Assembly: GCA_963976655.1 (NCBI GenBank)
Contig: CAXBLB010000010.1
Location: forward strand, 32,725-96,724
Length of the DNA stretch: 64,000 nucleotides
Direction of reading: 5' to 3'
Source: an uncultured Halieaceae bacterium
GTDB taxonomy: Bacteria; Pseudomonadota; Gammaproteobacteria; Pseudomonadales; Halieaceae
How positions within the stretch are numbered: the stretch's first letter is position 1; every line of letters starts with the position of its first letter. Below are positions 46,487 through 56,306 of the stretch, piece by piece. The position numbers and the translations under genes are program-made. Under the pieces are notes generated by a model. It was not told the origin of the DNA, made no database searches, and saw nothing but the letters and a program-made list of their open reading frames with translations.

Positions 46487-47985
46487 CGCTGAGGTGCCGC
46501 GCGTGGGCTGTCCTTATGCTGATGTTGCTCATGGCGGCACACAGTCTGGCGGCACGTAGCGATGGCGCAACACCGGTACGCATCGGCTCCAAGGCCTTCA
46601 GCGAGAGTCACATTCTTGCAGAGATTGCCGCGCAGCTTCTCGAAAGTCGCGGCATCGCCGTGGAGCGAAAACTCGGGCTCGGCGGTACGCTCATCGCCTT
46701 CGAGGCGCTGCGCGGTGGTTCCGTGGATCTCTACCCGGAATACTCGGGTACTCTGACGGAAACAGTATTGGGCGCACCCGGACTCTCGCGCGAAGCTCTG
46801 CAGGCAGCGTTGGCAGCCAGGGAGCTCGAGCTCGCGGTGTTCTTCGGCTTCGACAACAGCTACGCGATTGCGGTGCCCGAGCAGCTGGCCAAAGAACTCG
46901 ACATGCAATCGATCAGTGATCTCGCGGCGCATCCACAGTTGCGTTTGAAGTTTTCGCACGAGTTCCTCAATCGAGGCGACGGCTGGCCGGCGCTGCAGGC
47001 AGCCTACGGGCTGCCGCAACGGCCCGGTGGAATTGAGCATGCGCTTGCGTATCGGGCGCTCGCCAACGGCAGCCTGGACGCCACCGATGCCTACACAACC
47101 GATGGCGAGCTCGCGGCGCATGCACTGAGGCTGCTGCAGGATGATCGCGGCTTTTTTCCGGACTACAGTGCTGCCCTGCTGATCCGCAGGGATCTGCCGC
47201 AACGCGCTCGCGAGACGTTATCCGCCCTGGCGGGACGTATCGACGCCAGTACCATGCGCCAGTTAAACCGTCGGGTCGCCAGCGAGGGTGAAACACCGGC
47301 GCGAGTGGCCGCGGAGTTTCTCGCCGACACCGGTCTGGCCGCCAAGAGGCAACTGCACGTGCCGACGCTGGCCGAACGCATTCTGGGCTACACGGCCGTG
47401 CACCTGAAACTCACGGCTATGGCGCTGCTCCTGGCCTGCGCCCTCGGGATTCCGGTGGCGCTGGCGCTGGCGCCGAGGCCTCCCGTGGCGCGCGTATTCC
47501 TGTACGTGACCGGCCTCCTGCAAACCATTCCGGCGCTGGCATTGCTGGCCCTGTTGATTCCCCTGGTGGGACTGGGACAGGTACCCGCCGTTATTGCCCT
47601 GTTCCTGTACTCGCTGTTGCCAATCGTGCGCAATACCCTCACCGGCCTGTTCAACGTCGATCCGCTGCTCAAGCAGGTCGCGCGGGGTATGGGCCTGACG
47701 CGCCGTCAGCAATTGTTACGGGTCGAGTTGCCGCTAGCCTTGCCCACCATTCTCGCGGGCGTTAAAACCGCCGCTATTATCAGTATCGGTACCGCAACGC
47801 TGGCAGCATTTGTCGGCGCAGGCGGCCTGGGCGAGCCGATCATTACCGGTCTTACGCTGAACGACCATCGTCTGATTCTGGAAGGCGCGATACCTGCCGC
47901 ATGCCTGGCAATCGCCGTTGAACTGCTTTTCGAACTACTGGAGCGCGCCAGTGTGCCAGGCCATCTGCGCGGTGCCGGCCGGTAG
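46483..47985 (+). CDS. Fused substrate-binding protein and permease, OpuAC/OsmF betaine-type ABC family
   Basis: Signal peptide, IGSKAFSE, PEYSGT, FEFLNRGDG-like HEFLNRGDG, YTTDG; C-terminal TM domain with QTIPALAL and EAA-like VARGMG. Confidence 0.88.
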   Translation: MTLRCRAWAVLMLMLLMAAHSLAARSDGATPVRIGSKAFSESHILAEIAAQLLESRGIAVERKLGLGGTLIAFEALRGGSVDLYPEYSGTLTETVLGAPGLSREALQAALAARELELAVFFGFDNSYAIAVPEQLAKELDMQSISDLAAHPQLRLKFSHEFLNRGDGWPALQAAYGLPQRPGGIEHALAYRALANGSLDATDAYTTDGELAAHALRLLQDDRGFFPDYSAALLIRRDLPQRARETLSALAGRIDASTMRQLNRRVASEGETPARVAAEFLADTGLAAKRQLHVPTLAERILGYTAVHLKLTAMALLLACALGIPVALALAPRPPVARVFLYVTGLLQTIPALALLALLIPLVGLGQVPAVIALFLYSLLPIVRNTLTGLFNVDPLLKQVARGMGLTRRQQLLRVELPLALPTILAGVKTAAIISIGTATLAAFVGAGGLGEPIITGLTLNDHRLILEGAIPAACLAIAVELLFELLERASVPGHLRGAGR

Positions 47986-48774
47986 ATGAGATTTCTCGCA
48001 TTCCCCGGCGCCTCGGGTGCAGCGGGCGATGCGCTCGGCAATACGTGCCTGGTTGAACGCGTTCAGCGGCGTCCCCGGGCTGCGCCATCCTCCGCCGGGA
48101 CAACCATCTGCCGCACCTGGTCACTCGGGGAACGCAGCGCCGGAGTGCGCTGCTGGACTGCACAGGGAGAGGAAATTCAGTGCTGTGGACACGGCTTGCT
48201 GAGTTGCGCGGCATGCTGGATGCAGGAGTGGGGCAGCGAAGGCCACCTGATCATGGGGCGCTCGGAAATTCCGTGTCGGCAGGCGAATGGCCTCTACTGG
48301 CTGGGCTTTGCGCGAGTGCGCTGCAGGGGCTCTGAGCTGCCGGCCTGGGCGCTCTCGCAGTTCGGCGCTGAGCCCATGGCAGCCGCGCTGGCCGGCCCGG
48401 AAGATGGGTACCTGATTCTGCACTGGCCCGACAATTTCCAACTCAAGCGTCTGCGAGTGCCCACGGCCGCGGTGGGTGCGAGCACCCGGCGGGCGGTCAT
48501 AGTGACCTGCAGGGATACGGATGCGGCAACAGACACCATTCACCTGCGTTACTTTGCCCCCCAATACGGCATAGTGGAAGACTCGGCGACCGGTTCAGCC
48601 ATGCGCATACTCGCAGATTACTGGGCGCAAACCTGCGGGCTGGAGGGCCTGCATGGACGGCAGGATTCACCGCGTGGCGGCGAACTCTTCAGCCGCCTGG
48701 AAGGTGAAATTGCCTGGGTGGGCGGACGCATTCGTGACCTGGACGAAACGGATAACGGTGTACCAGATACATAA
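47986..48774 (+). CDS. Divergent PhzF/DapF-fold isomerase-like protein
   Basis: EIQCCGHG (compare LCGH), RYFAPQYGIVEDSATGSA (compare EDPATGSA); ATG directly follows the upstream TAG. Confidence 0.7.
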   Translation: MRFLAFPGASGAAGDALGNTCLVERVQRRPRAAPSSAGTTICRTWSLGERSAGVRCWTAQGEEIQCCGHGLLSCAACWMQEWGSEGHLIMGRSEIPCRQANGLYWLGFARVRCRGSELPAWALSQFGAEPMAAALAGPEDGYLILHWPDNFQLKRLRVPTAAVGASTRRAVIVTCRDTDAATDTIHLRYFAPQYGIVEDSATGSAMRILADYWAQTCGLEGLHGRQDSPRGGELFSRLEGEIAWVGGRIRDLDETDNGVPDT

Positions 48775-48861
48775 TGGCATACATTATGTCAGTATAGTAT
48801 GCTCGCAGGGCAGCAGGTTTTTCACTGACAACAAACACGCATTCGTGAGCGAGGAAAGGAT

Positions 48862-49809
48862 TTGACTCAGCCCCCCATTCAGAATCGAATCACCGCCATG
48901 ACAGGCACGGACTATCCTATCGTGCAGGCTCCGATGGGTTGGATCGCGCGGGCGCAGCTGGCCTCTGCGGTGAGTAACGCAGGCGGCCTTGGCATCATAG
49001 AAACCTCGTCTGGCGAACTGGACAATATCAAGGCCGAAGTGGCCAAGATGCGCTCGCTCACGGACAGGCCGTTTGGTATGAACGTGGCGCTGTCGTTTGT
49101 CAGAGGTACCGATATTATTGATTTCGTGATTGACCAGGGCATACGCTTTGTCACCACCTCATCGGGCAGCCCGAGCGTGTGTACTGAAGCCTTTCAACAG
49201 GCAGGCATTACCGTATTCCATGTGGTGCCTACCCTGGAACTCGCCATGAAGGCTATCGATGCTGGCGTCGACGGCCTGGTGGTAGAAGGCGGGGAGGGCG
49301 GCGGCTTCAAGAATCCCAGTCCGGTCGCCACGATGGTGCTGTTGCCGCTCATCTGTTCACGGGTTGATGTGCCCGTTATCGCAGCGGGTGGTATCTGCGA
49401 CGGCGTCTCCATGGCGGCGGCATTCGCCATGGGGGCAGAAGGTGTACAGATGGGAACCCGCATGTTGAGCTGTGCCGAATCGCCCGTGCACAACAACTGG
49501 AAGCAGGCAGTGCTGGATGCCCGCGCCACGGATACGGTTTTCCTCAACAAGGCCTCGCGTCCCGCGCTGAGGGCACTGCGCACAGAACGCACTGCGGCGC
49601 TGGAACCGCTGGGCAGCTTCGACCTGATGGAGCATATGACGGATGTACTGGACCTGTATTTCGGTGGCGACATGGAAGCCGCGATTCCTTTGGCGGGGGA
49701 GGTCTGTGGCCGCATAGACAGCGTCGAGAGCGCCGCTTCCATTATCGACAGCACAATGCTCGGGTTTCGACAAACCATCGCCGAGCAGGCCGCTCGCTAC
49801 GCGGTCTAG
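48862..49809 (+). CDS. Nitronate monooxygenase / FabK-like flavin oxidoreductase
   Basis: PIVQAPMG, VEGGEGGG, PVIAAGGICDG, GVQMGTR. Confidence 0.85.
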   Translation: MTQPPIQNRITAMTGTDYPIVQAPMGWIARAQLASAVSNAGGLGIIETSSGELDNIKAEVAKMRSLTDRPFGMNVALSFVRGTDIIDFVIDQGIRFVTTSSGSPSVCTEAFQQAGITVFHVVPTLELAMKAIDAGVDGLVVEGGEGGGFKNPSPVATMVLLPLICSRVDVPVIAAGGICDGVSMAAAFAMGAEGVQMGTRMLSCAESPVHNNWKQAVLDARATDTVFLNKASRPALRALRTERTAALEPLGSFDLMEHMTDVLDLYFGGDMEAAIPLAGEVCGRIDSVESAASIIDSTMLGFRQTIAEQAARYAV

Positions 49810-49842
49810 ACATTAGCCCATGGAACAGGAGGAGCGCCTCGC

Positions 49843-50934
49843 ATGACCGAATCCCACACACTGGAAGTGAACCGTTCGGACTGGCAGAAGACCCGTCTGG
49901 TGAGCGCGCCCCTGAGCAGCGGGCTGGAAACGGGTGAAGTGTTGCTGCGCATCGACCGGCTGGCACTCACCTCGAACAATATTTCCTACGCGGCCGCGGG
50001 CGACGCCCTCGGTTACTGGGGGTTTTTTCCTGCCGAGGCGGGCTGGGGGCGGATTCCCGCGATGGGCTGGGCCGATGTACTGCGGTCTGCGCATGCGGAG
50101 ATAGAGGAGGGTGAAAGGGTCTGGGGGTTTTTCCCCTTCTCTACGCACTTGAAAATTCAGGCAGGCAAGGTTTCAGCCGAGCAGTTCCACGATGTTTCAG
50201 CGCACCGCGCGCAATACGCTCCCGTGTATGCACGCTTTGACCGCGCGCAAGCCAACCCGATCTATGATCCACTGCGCGAGGATCAGGACAGCCTGTTGCG
50301 CGGCCTGTTCATGACTTCATGGCTGGTTGAGGATTTTCTGAATGAAAAGGAGGCATTCGGTGCGCAGGCCTGCATTGTCACCAGCGCTTCCAGCAAAACG
50401 AGTATTGCGCTCGCGCACCGACTGAAAGCTCGCGGAAAACTCACGATAGTCGGCATTACTTCGCCGCACAACGTTAACTTTTGCGCGGCGCTCGGCCTGT
50501 ACGATACGGTGATGACCTACGATGCCATCGCCGGAATGGATGCCGCCGTGCCTGCCGTGGTGGTTGATATGGCCGGCAGTGCCGAAGTGCTGGGCCAGTT
50601 GCATCGTCACTATCGGGACAACCTTCGATACTCCTGCCGCGTGGGTGCGACACATTATGCCGACGCGGGCAGTGTGGAAGGTCTGCCCGGGGCCGCACCG
50701 GAATTCTTCTTCGCTCCCGGACACATTCAGACTCGCAGCGACGAATTGGGTGCGGCGGCGTTGATGCTGCGGCTTGGCACGGATTATGTGCAGTTCCGCG
50801 CTGAAAGTGACGGCTGGCTGCAAGTGAAGCGCAGTTACGGGCCGGAAGCAGTGCGCGAAACCTACCAGGCGGTGCTTGCCGGCGAGACCGAACCCAGCAC
50901 CGGGCAAATCATCTCACTCTGGCCACAGGCCTAG
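49843..50934 (+). CDS. DUF2855 family protein (MDR-like fold)
   Basis: ALTSNNISYA..G..LGYWGFFP, P.MGWA, TSASSKT; family recognised from memory. Confidence 0.7.
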   Translation: MTESHTLEVNRSDWQKTRLVSAPLSSGLETGEVLLRIDRLALTSNNISYAAAGDALGYWGFFPAEAGWGRIPAMGWADVLRSAHAEIEEGERVWGFFPFSTHLKIQAGKVSAEQFHDVSAHRAQYAPVYARFDRAQANPIYDPLREDQDSLLRGLFMTSWLVEDFLNEKEAFGAQACIVTSASSKTSIALAHRLKARGKLTIVGITSPHNVNFCAALGLYDTVMTYDAIAGMDAAVPAVVVDMAGSAEVLGQLHRHYRDNLRYSCRVGATHYADAGSVEGLPGAAPEFFFAPGHIQTRSDELGAAALMLRLGTDYVQFRAESDGWLQVKRSYGPEAVRETYQAVLAGETEPSTGQIISLWPQA

Positions 50935-51935
50935 CGAGGCTGGCGCTCTGCATCGGCAGCCTGCCCGGAAGGTTCTTTCAGTTGGCTTTCCGCGATGAGG
51001 TAACGTGGCCGGCTGCGCACTTCATCGTGAATCTTCGAGAGATAGGCGCCAATGATGCCCAGTCCAAGGGTGATCGTGCTGCCGAAGATCAGCAGTAACA
51101 GAATTACCGTGGTGAAGCCTTCCACCGCCTGACCGCTGAACTTGTTGTACAGGGTGTGCCCGGCGTGAAGCACGGCAAGTAGCGCAGACACCAGCCCGAC
51201 AATCGTCATCAGGTGTAGCGGGAGAGACGTAAAGGACGTGATCGCGGTGATCGCCAGTCGCAGGCGGGATAACAGGTTCCATTTGCCATCGCCTGCCTCC
51301 CGCTGGCCGAGCGGAAAGCCTATTTCCCGATGCCGAAAGCCCAGCCAGGCAGTGGTGCCACGAAAGAACAGATTGTAATCCCTGACATCACCCAGTGCGT
51401 TGATCACCTTGCGGTCGAGCAGTTTATAATCGGAGGCGCCGCGCATATCGTAGCCGGTAAAGCGACGAAACAGACGGTTAAACCAGGCGGATGTGAGCCT
51501 GTCCAGGCCCGGCGCGTTGCGGTCGTCGGTTTTAACCGCGTTGATCACATCCACGTCTCCGGCGAGCCACAGGGCGACCATCTGTTGCAGCATGTCCGGC
51601 GGATGTTGCAAGTCGGCATCGAGCACGACGGCCGCATCCCCCACACACGCATCAATACCCGCCATGATCGCGGCTTCCTTGCCGAAGTTGCGGGTAAAAC
51701 GGATCAGTTTGAAAGTGGCGCCATGCGGTGCCCGCGCCGCCTGTAGTATCTCCCATGTAGCGTCGGTAGAACCGTCATCCACGACAATGATCTCGCTCTG
51801 CAACGCGCACTGCGCCAGTGAATCATCGAGCATGTTGAGCAGGATAGGGATCGTCGCCTGCTCGTTGTACACTGGCAGGATGACCGACAGAATGAGTTCG
51901 TCAGGATGATCGGACATGGCTGAAGTTGCATCCAT
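50931..51935 (-). CDS. GT2 polyprenol-phosphate glycosyltransferase (GtrB/ArnC-like)
   Basis: SVILPVYNE, VDDGSTD, RNFGKEAA, DADLQHPP, two C-terminal TM helices, EVRSRPRY; start 51935 or 51917. Confidence 0.88.
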   Translation of the reverse strand: MDATSAMSDHPDELILSVILPVYNEQATIPILLNMLDDSLAQCALQSEIIVVDDGSTDATWEILQAARAPHGATFKLIRFTRNFGKEAAIMAGIDACVGDAAVVLDADLQHPPDMLQQMVALWLAGDVDVINAVKTDDRNAPGLDRLTSAWFNRLFRRFTGYDMRGASDYKLLDRKVINALGDVRDYNLFFRGTTAWLGFRHREIGFPLGQREAGDGKWNLLSRLRLAITAITSFTSLPLHLMTIVGLVSALLAVLHAGHTLYNKFSGQAVEGFTTVILLLLIFGSTITLGLGIIGAYLSKIHDEVRSRPRYLIAESQLKEPSGQAADAERQPR

Positions 51936-51961
51936 AAAAAGCACACGCGGAGCATAACACG

Positions 51962-52729
51962 ATGAATGAGAGCCACGAGCAGACACCTGGCCAAAGCGTT
52001 AGCGGAGAACACACCGCGGATGCAGCCTACGGCTCACCGGACAGGTCGGTAGCGGGGGATTACCACTTCGCTCTCGCGGACACCCTCAAAGAAGCCTGGA
52101 TCGCCACGCACGGCAACAAGCTGCGCATACTCATCGCGCTGGGCGTATTCATGCTGGTGGCCATCGGCTTCTCGCTGCTGAGCGCACTGGTATCTTTGAT
52201 ATTTGGCGCAGGTCCAGACCAGGTGACGCTGATGGAAGCGCTGGTGAATTTTCCCGTCAACGTCGCTTCTTATGGTTTTAATGGCGTGATGACCGCGGGG
52301 CTGATCGTCATCGGTGCACGGCTGTCTGTCGGTGGCAAAGCCGGCGTGCACGATCTGTTCCGCTATTTGCCCGCATTTCTGAAAGCCCTGATCACCCAGT
52401 TGCTGATGACCTTGATGATTCTTCTGGGGCTTGTGCTACTGGTACTTCCAGGCATCTATCTTGCTATTGCCTATGGTTTTGCCATTCCGCTGGCGCTGGA
52501 ACGGGGTTTGTCTCCGTGGGAGGCGATGGAGACTTCGCGCAAGGCAGTCACGCATCGCTGGTTTGCGTTTCTGGGTTTGTCGCTGGTTTGCGCGCTGCTG
52601 CTCATGCTCTCCGTTCTGACACTGGGAATCGCCTACATCTGGGTCCTTCCACTGTGCGTGCTCGCCTACGGGATAGCCTATCGAAACCTGTTCGGCCTTC
52701 CTGTCGATAACGACAATGCGCAGCTCTGA
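51962..52729 (+). CDS. Integral membrane protein of unknown function
   Basis: Several TM segments and PWEAMETSRKAV motif typical of a widespread membrane family. Confidence 0.7.
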   Translation: MNESHEQTPGQSVSGEHTADAAYGSPDRSVAGDYHFALADTLKEAWIATHGNKLRILIALGVFMLVAIGFSLLSALVSLIFGAGPDQVTLMEALVNFPVNVASYGFNGVMTAGLIVIGARLSVGGKAGVHDLFRYLPAFLKALITQLLMTLMILLGLVLLVLPGIYLAIAYGFAIPLALERGLSPWEAMETSRKAVTHRWFAFLGLSLVCALLLMLSVLTLGIAYIWVLPLCVLAYGIAYRNLFGLPVDNDNAQL

Positions 52730-52745
52730 TGGTTACCGGCGCCTT

Positions 52746-53909
52746 TCATGCGGGGTCGGCAAAAAACCGCTCGATCTCCGCCGCGTTCCACAGTGTGTCG
52801 CGTTGGCCCAGCGCGATAAGTTCGCCGATAAACTGTGGTGTGAACAGCAGATAGCTGGCCGAAGTGGCGCCCCCACCCGTGGTCGCACCGGTAGATCCCA
52901 GCAAGGTTCTGACACTGGGTGGCAGGTCGTCAATGTGTTGGGAGGAAATTTCATCCAGCGGTTCGCTCGGCGTTACCACCACATTGTCGATAGTCCTCAG
53001 CGCTGCGTCACGCTCTCGCAGAGAATCCGGCGGGAGTAAGGAAAGCAGCCGGTTGGTGCGCTCCAGTCGATCGATGTCTTCTTCAAGACTGTCCACAAAG
53101 GCGGAATTCAGCAGGTGCCCGACTATCTGCGCGATTGATGGTGAACCGGAGTCGGGCTTTTTGGAGGTAGCGCGCACCTTGCGCGCCCGATTATCACTGA
53201 CACCGACAATGAACAGTCGTTGCGCTCCCAGATGAATAGCCGGGCTCAGGGGGGAGAGCTGGCGCAGGGCGCCATCGCCAAAAAAATCGTGTTCCAGTTT
53301 AGTGGCTGGGAAGAGGGTGGGGATGGCGGATGAAGCAAGCACGTGATCGCTGTTGAGCAATGTCCGACGGCCGATTCTTCGCGGTCGCCGCCAGGGGTGG
53401 GTTTCCGCCGAGCCCTGGAAAAAGCACACTGACTCACCCGAGCTATAGCTCATGGCCGTCACGCATACGGCTTCCAGAGTACCCCGGCGCAGGTTGGTGT
53501 CGATTTGCTGGAAGCGGATATTATCTTCGATGAGGCGCCGTAGCGGGCTGTTGTCCAGAAGAGACAACGGACGACCAACCCCGACACCGCGGTTTAATAA
53601 CGACAGCGCAATGCGCAGACTGGAACGTGTCACCTCCAGCCAGCCATGCCGGTATATGCTCGATGGACGCAGGCCACGCCAGATTCCCTCGAGTTCGGCA
53701 ACTGCCTCATGAAAAGTGCCGGGATGCGCGGCCAGCACTGCCGCGTTCACGGCGCCGGCAGATGTGCCACAGATAATGGGGAAGGGATTTGGAGTGCTCA
53801 CTGGCACCAACTGGGCGAGTGCCTTGAGAGCACCAACCTGATAGGCAGCTCGGGCACCACCTCCAGAAAGCACCAGTGCATGTTTTGCAACTGAACTCAT
53901 GCCGGGCAC
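52746..53909 (-). CDS. Patatin-like phospholipase
   Basis: LSGGGARAAYQVG, GTSAG nucleophile, DGA motif; start may be 53900. Confidence 0.9.
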   Translation of the reverse strand: MPGMSSVAKHALVLSGGGARAAYQVGALKALAQLVPVSTPNPFPIICGTSAGAVNAAVLAAHPGTFHEAVAELEGIWRGLRPSSIYRHGWLEVTRSSLRIALSLLNRGVGVGRPLSLLDNSPLRRLIEDNIRFQQIDTNLRRGTLEAVCVTAMSYSSGESVCFFQGSAETHPWRRPRRIGRRTLLNSDHVLASSAIPTLFPATKLEHDFFGDGALRQLSPLSPAIHLGAQRLFIVGVSDNRARKVRATSKKPDSGSPSIAQIVGHLLNSAFVDSLEEDIDRLERTNRLLSLLPPDSLRERDAALRTIDNVVVTPSEPLDEISSQHIDDLPPSVRTLLGSTGATTGGGATSASYLLFTPQFIGELIALGQRDTLWNAAEIERFFADPA

Positions 53910-53990
53910 GGTCCGGTTTTAATTTGCGGCTTCAAAACTGTTCGGGCACAAGGGGTGTGGTGGCTACCGGCATCAGTAGCGCATGGCTTT

Positions 53991-54018
53991 ATTTAACATA
54001 ATATATATTATGCGCATA
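53991..54018 (-). other. dif: Chromosomal dif site (XerC/XerD recombination site)
   Basis: Minus strand TATGCGCATAA-TATATA-TTATGTTAAAT versus E. coli dif GGTGCGCATAA-TGTATA-TTATGTTAAAT: XerD arm identical, 25 of 28 overall; intergenic and AT-rich. Confidence 0.93.
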
Positions 54019-54233
54019 TCAGGATGTGGCGTGTGGGGTGGTCCGGGCCTTGGACTCAGGGGTTTCGGCGCTCTCACGGGCTTTACGGGCCTCCTCCAGC
54101 GATGACAGATTGTCAGCGTAACCCTGCCATGCTATGTCCGACTCTCTAGCGTTGTAAAGCGGCATGACCAGTACCTCGGGCGTCCAGCAGTGCCGGCAAT
54201 GCAATTGGTTGCAGTACGGACAGCCGTTGCGGT

Positions 54234-56294
54234 CTATCGAGCGCTGTACCAGATGGGTGACGTCCAGGCCCGCTCCTGAATAACATCCTCCATGCTGCCG
54301 TCCGTGCACTGCTCAGGCCTGACTTCCGGGGCGATCGCGTTACAGTCGTAACGGCTCCAGCGACAGCTTGGGTTCTCTATCACACGCGAGTAATACACAG
54401 CAGAGACCGACGGATCGAACTCCGCATCGCGCCACACAGCGCACAAGTTGCTAAATCCTTCGCCCGACTGCTCACAGGTGGCCGGGTTCACGCTGGCCAG
54501 TGGCTCACTGTTGCCGGCTACGTCGAAAACACGCTGCTGCATGTTGCCCTGCTCATCCACCCAGCCCTTGATGATCTGTATTTTCTGTAAGGGCGTGGAG
54601 TCTGGCGCGCTATCGCGCATCGCGCTCACAATAAACTGCGGTGCGGCGTCACTCGCCGGCGTCGCGCCGAGTTCCCCACCCATGGGTACTCCATGCGCAT
54701 AGGCCGTGGCCAGCATGTCATTGGAGCTACAGACATCGGCAGGAAAATCCCAGCCTGCAAAGAATCGTGGCAGAATTCTGGGGCCGCTGGTGCCGAAAGT
54801 TTCACGGCGCTGCATGGCAGCGAATAGCGACTCGCGCGTATTCTCCGGTGCCCAGATGCCGGCGAGCCCACCGGGGTTATAGCGGGTTACATCACCCTTG
54901 GCGATACCGCCGGGCACTTCCACGGGAGCCCGAATCCGCGAGCGTGGGGTTCTGTCCATACCGGTTGAGCCCGGATAGGCAGCCTCCTCCACCGCGCCGG
55001 CTGCTGCCGTGTGATTATCGGTGGCGGCGATAAGGCCGAGCCTGAAACTGTTGGCGCCGAGCCGTTCCTCCTCCCGCAACCCCTCAATCAGCGCGTAGCG
55101 TGCGAAACTGTAGCGGGAATGACAGCCAGTGAGACGCATTCCGCCACTGCCAAAGCCATCAGCACAGTCCTCGGCCGTGTCTTCGGGGTGTCTGAGCTTC
55201 TCGAAATCGCAGTACTCATCGGCGCCACCGAGCACACCCGAGAGACCATTGCGACATTCGGAGTCGCCCTTTACCTGCATCACTTCCGCCAGCGGTTCCA
55301 GTTCGCTGCGCAGCCTGGCCAATGCTCGCTGCTCGGGCTCGGGTCGCTGCGAGAACGAATAGGGAAAGAACATCCTGCCATTGCTCCAGTTACTGTTGTG
55401 CGGAATGGCGAGCACGTTGCAACCGGTGCCGGAATCTACGCACTGACTCTTCAGCCAGCCCCAGAGCTTTTCCGGTTGCTCGGTATCCTGCGCACTGAGA
55501 GGCACGGGCGGCACCGTGGCATTGGCGAAAATCACATTGCGATGCAGATTCGAGGCCTCCTTCGCCAGGCTGTATTCATAGGCCACAAATGAACTGAAGC
55601 TGCAGTCGGCGGAGCGATCATAGGCCTCCTCTGCGGCTCGCTGCGCCTCTAGCCAGCTGTCTTTGGTCGCAGCCAGGCAGCGGGCACCGTCACTTCCGCA
55701 AACCCTGGCGGCACGCTGTGTGCCCAGAATGGCGAACGACGCCAGCCGGATAAGCGGTTGCAGGGTATCCTCCACCGGAAGCCTGATATCGCCCCGATAC
55801 AGCCCGCACGGCAAGCTGCCATAGCCTTCCGCCCCGGGCGTGAGGCAGATTTTTACCGCCGCCATGTTTTCTGCATGGTCAGTCACCGCGGCGAAGTCCA
55901 GCGGCCTGGCAAGTTGCACCGTGGGTATCTGATCTTCGGGCTTGCGGCCATCGCTGCGCAGACGCAATGTGAGCTTGCCGCCTTGTGCGAAGCGGTAGGC
56001 ATCGTCCGGCGTCGCGATATTGCCGAAAGCCGCCGAGTCGTAAGAGACCGCCGTGTGCACATGCAGGTCGCCGAACCAGGCGTGTTTGAGCGGGTAGCTC
56101 TCAGCGCATGGCTCACGCTCCCCCGGCGCGAACGCCGGGGTTAACGGCAGTGCGCTAAAATGTGTAGGTAACGCATCGGAATCGGCCTCGAGGGTTGCAA
56201 ACTGGTAACGCACCCAGAGCACGCCCAGAAGCACCACCATGATAATTGCCAGCAGAAGATACAGCAGGACTTTCAGGGCTCGTGGCATGGGCAA
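54234..56294 (-). CDS. DUF3604 family protein (PHP-like metal-dependent hydrolase fold), N-terminally membrane-anchored
   Basis: AWFGDLHVHT, AVTDHAE, LHRNVIF, IPHNSNWS, QVKGDSE, QERAWTSPIWY. Confidence 0.85.
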   Translation of the reverse strand: MPMPRALKVLLYLLLAIIMVVLLGVLWVRYQFATLEADSDALPTHFSALPLTPAFAPGEREPCAESYPLKHAWFGDLHVHTAVSYDSAAFGNIATPDDAYRFAQGGKLTLRLRSDGRKPEDQIPTVQLARPLDFAAVTDHAENMAAVKICLTPGAEGYGSLPCGLYRGDIRLPVEDTLQPLIRLASFAILGTQRAARVCGSDGARCLAATKDSWLEAQRAAEEAYDRSADCSFSSFVAYEYSLAKEASNLHRNVIFANATVPPVPLSAQDTEQPEKLWGWLKSQCVDSGTGCNVLAIPHNSNWSNGRMFFPYSFSQRPEPEQRALARLRSELEPLAEVMQVKGDSECRNGLSGVLGGADEYCDFEKLRHPEDTAEDCADGFGSGGMRLTGCHSRYSFARYALIEGLREEERLGANSFRLGLIAATDNHTAAAGAVEEAAYPGSTGMDRTPRSRIRAPVEVPGGIAKGDVTRYNPGGLAGIWAPENTRESLFAAMQRRETFGTSGPRILPRFFAGWDFPADVCSSNDMLATAYAHGVPMGGELGATPASDAAPQFIVSAMRDSAPDSTPLQKIQIIKGWVDEQGNMQQRVFDVAGNSEPLASVNPATCEQSGEGFSNLCAVWRDAEFDPSVSAVYYSRVIENPSCRWSRYDCNAIAPEVRPEQCTDGSMEDVIQERAWTSPIWYSAR

Positions 56295-56306
56295 TCTCCG
56301 GTTCAG

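Noticed and set aside
54019-54309. ORF with CPYC and CxxC motifs whose stop abuts the dif XerC arm (or a 48-aa version from ATG at 54165)
   Set aside because: The long form overlaps the DUF3604 3' end, there is no clear RBS and no recognisable family; likely spurious, though a small protein cannot be excluded
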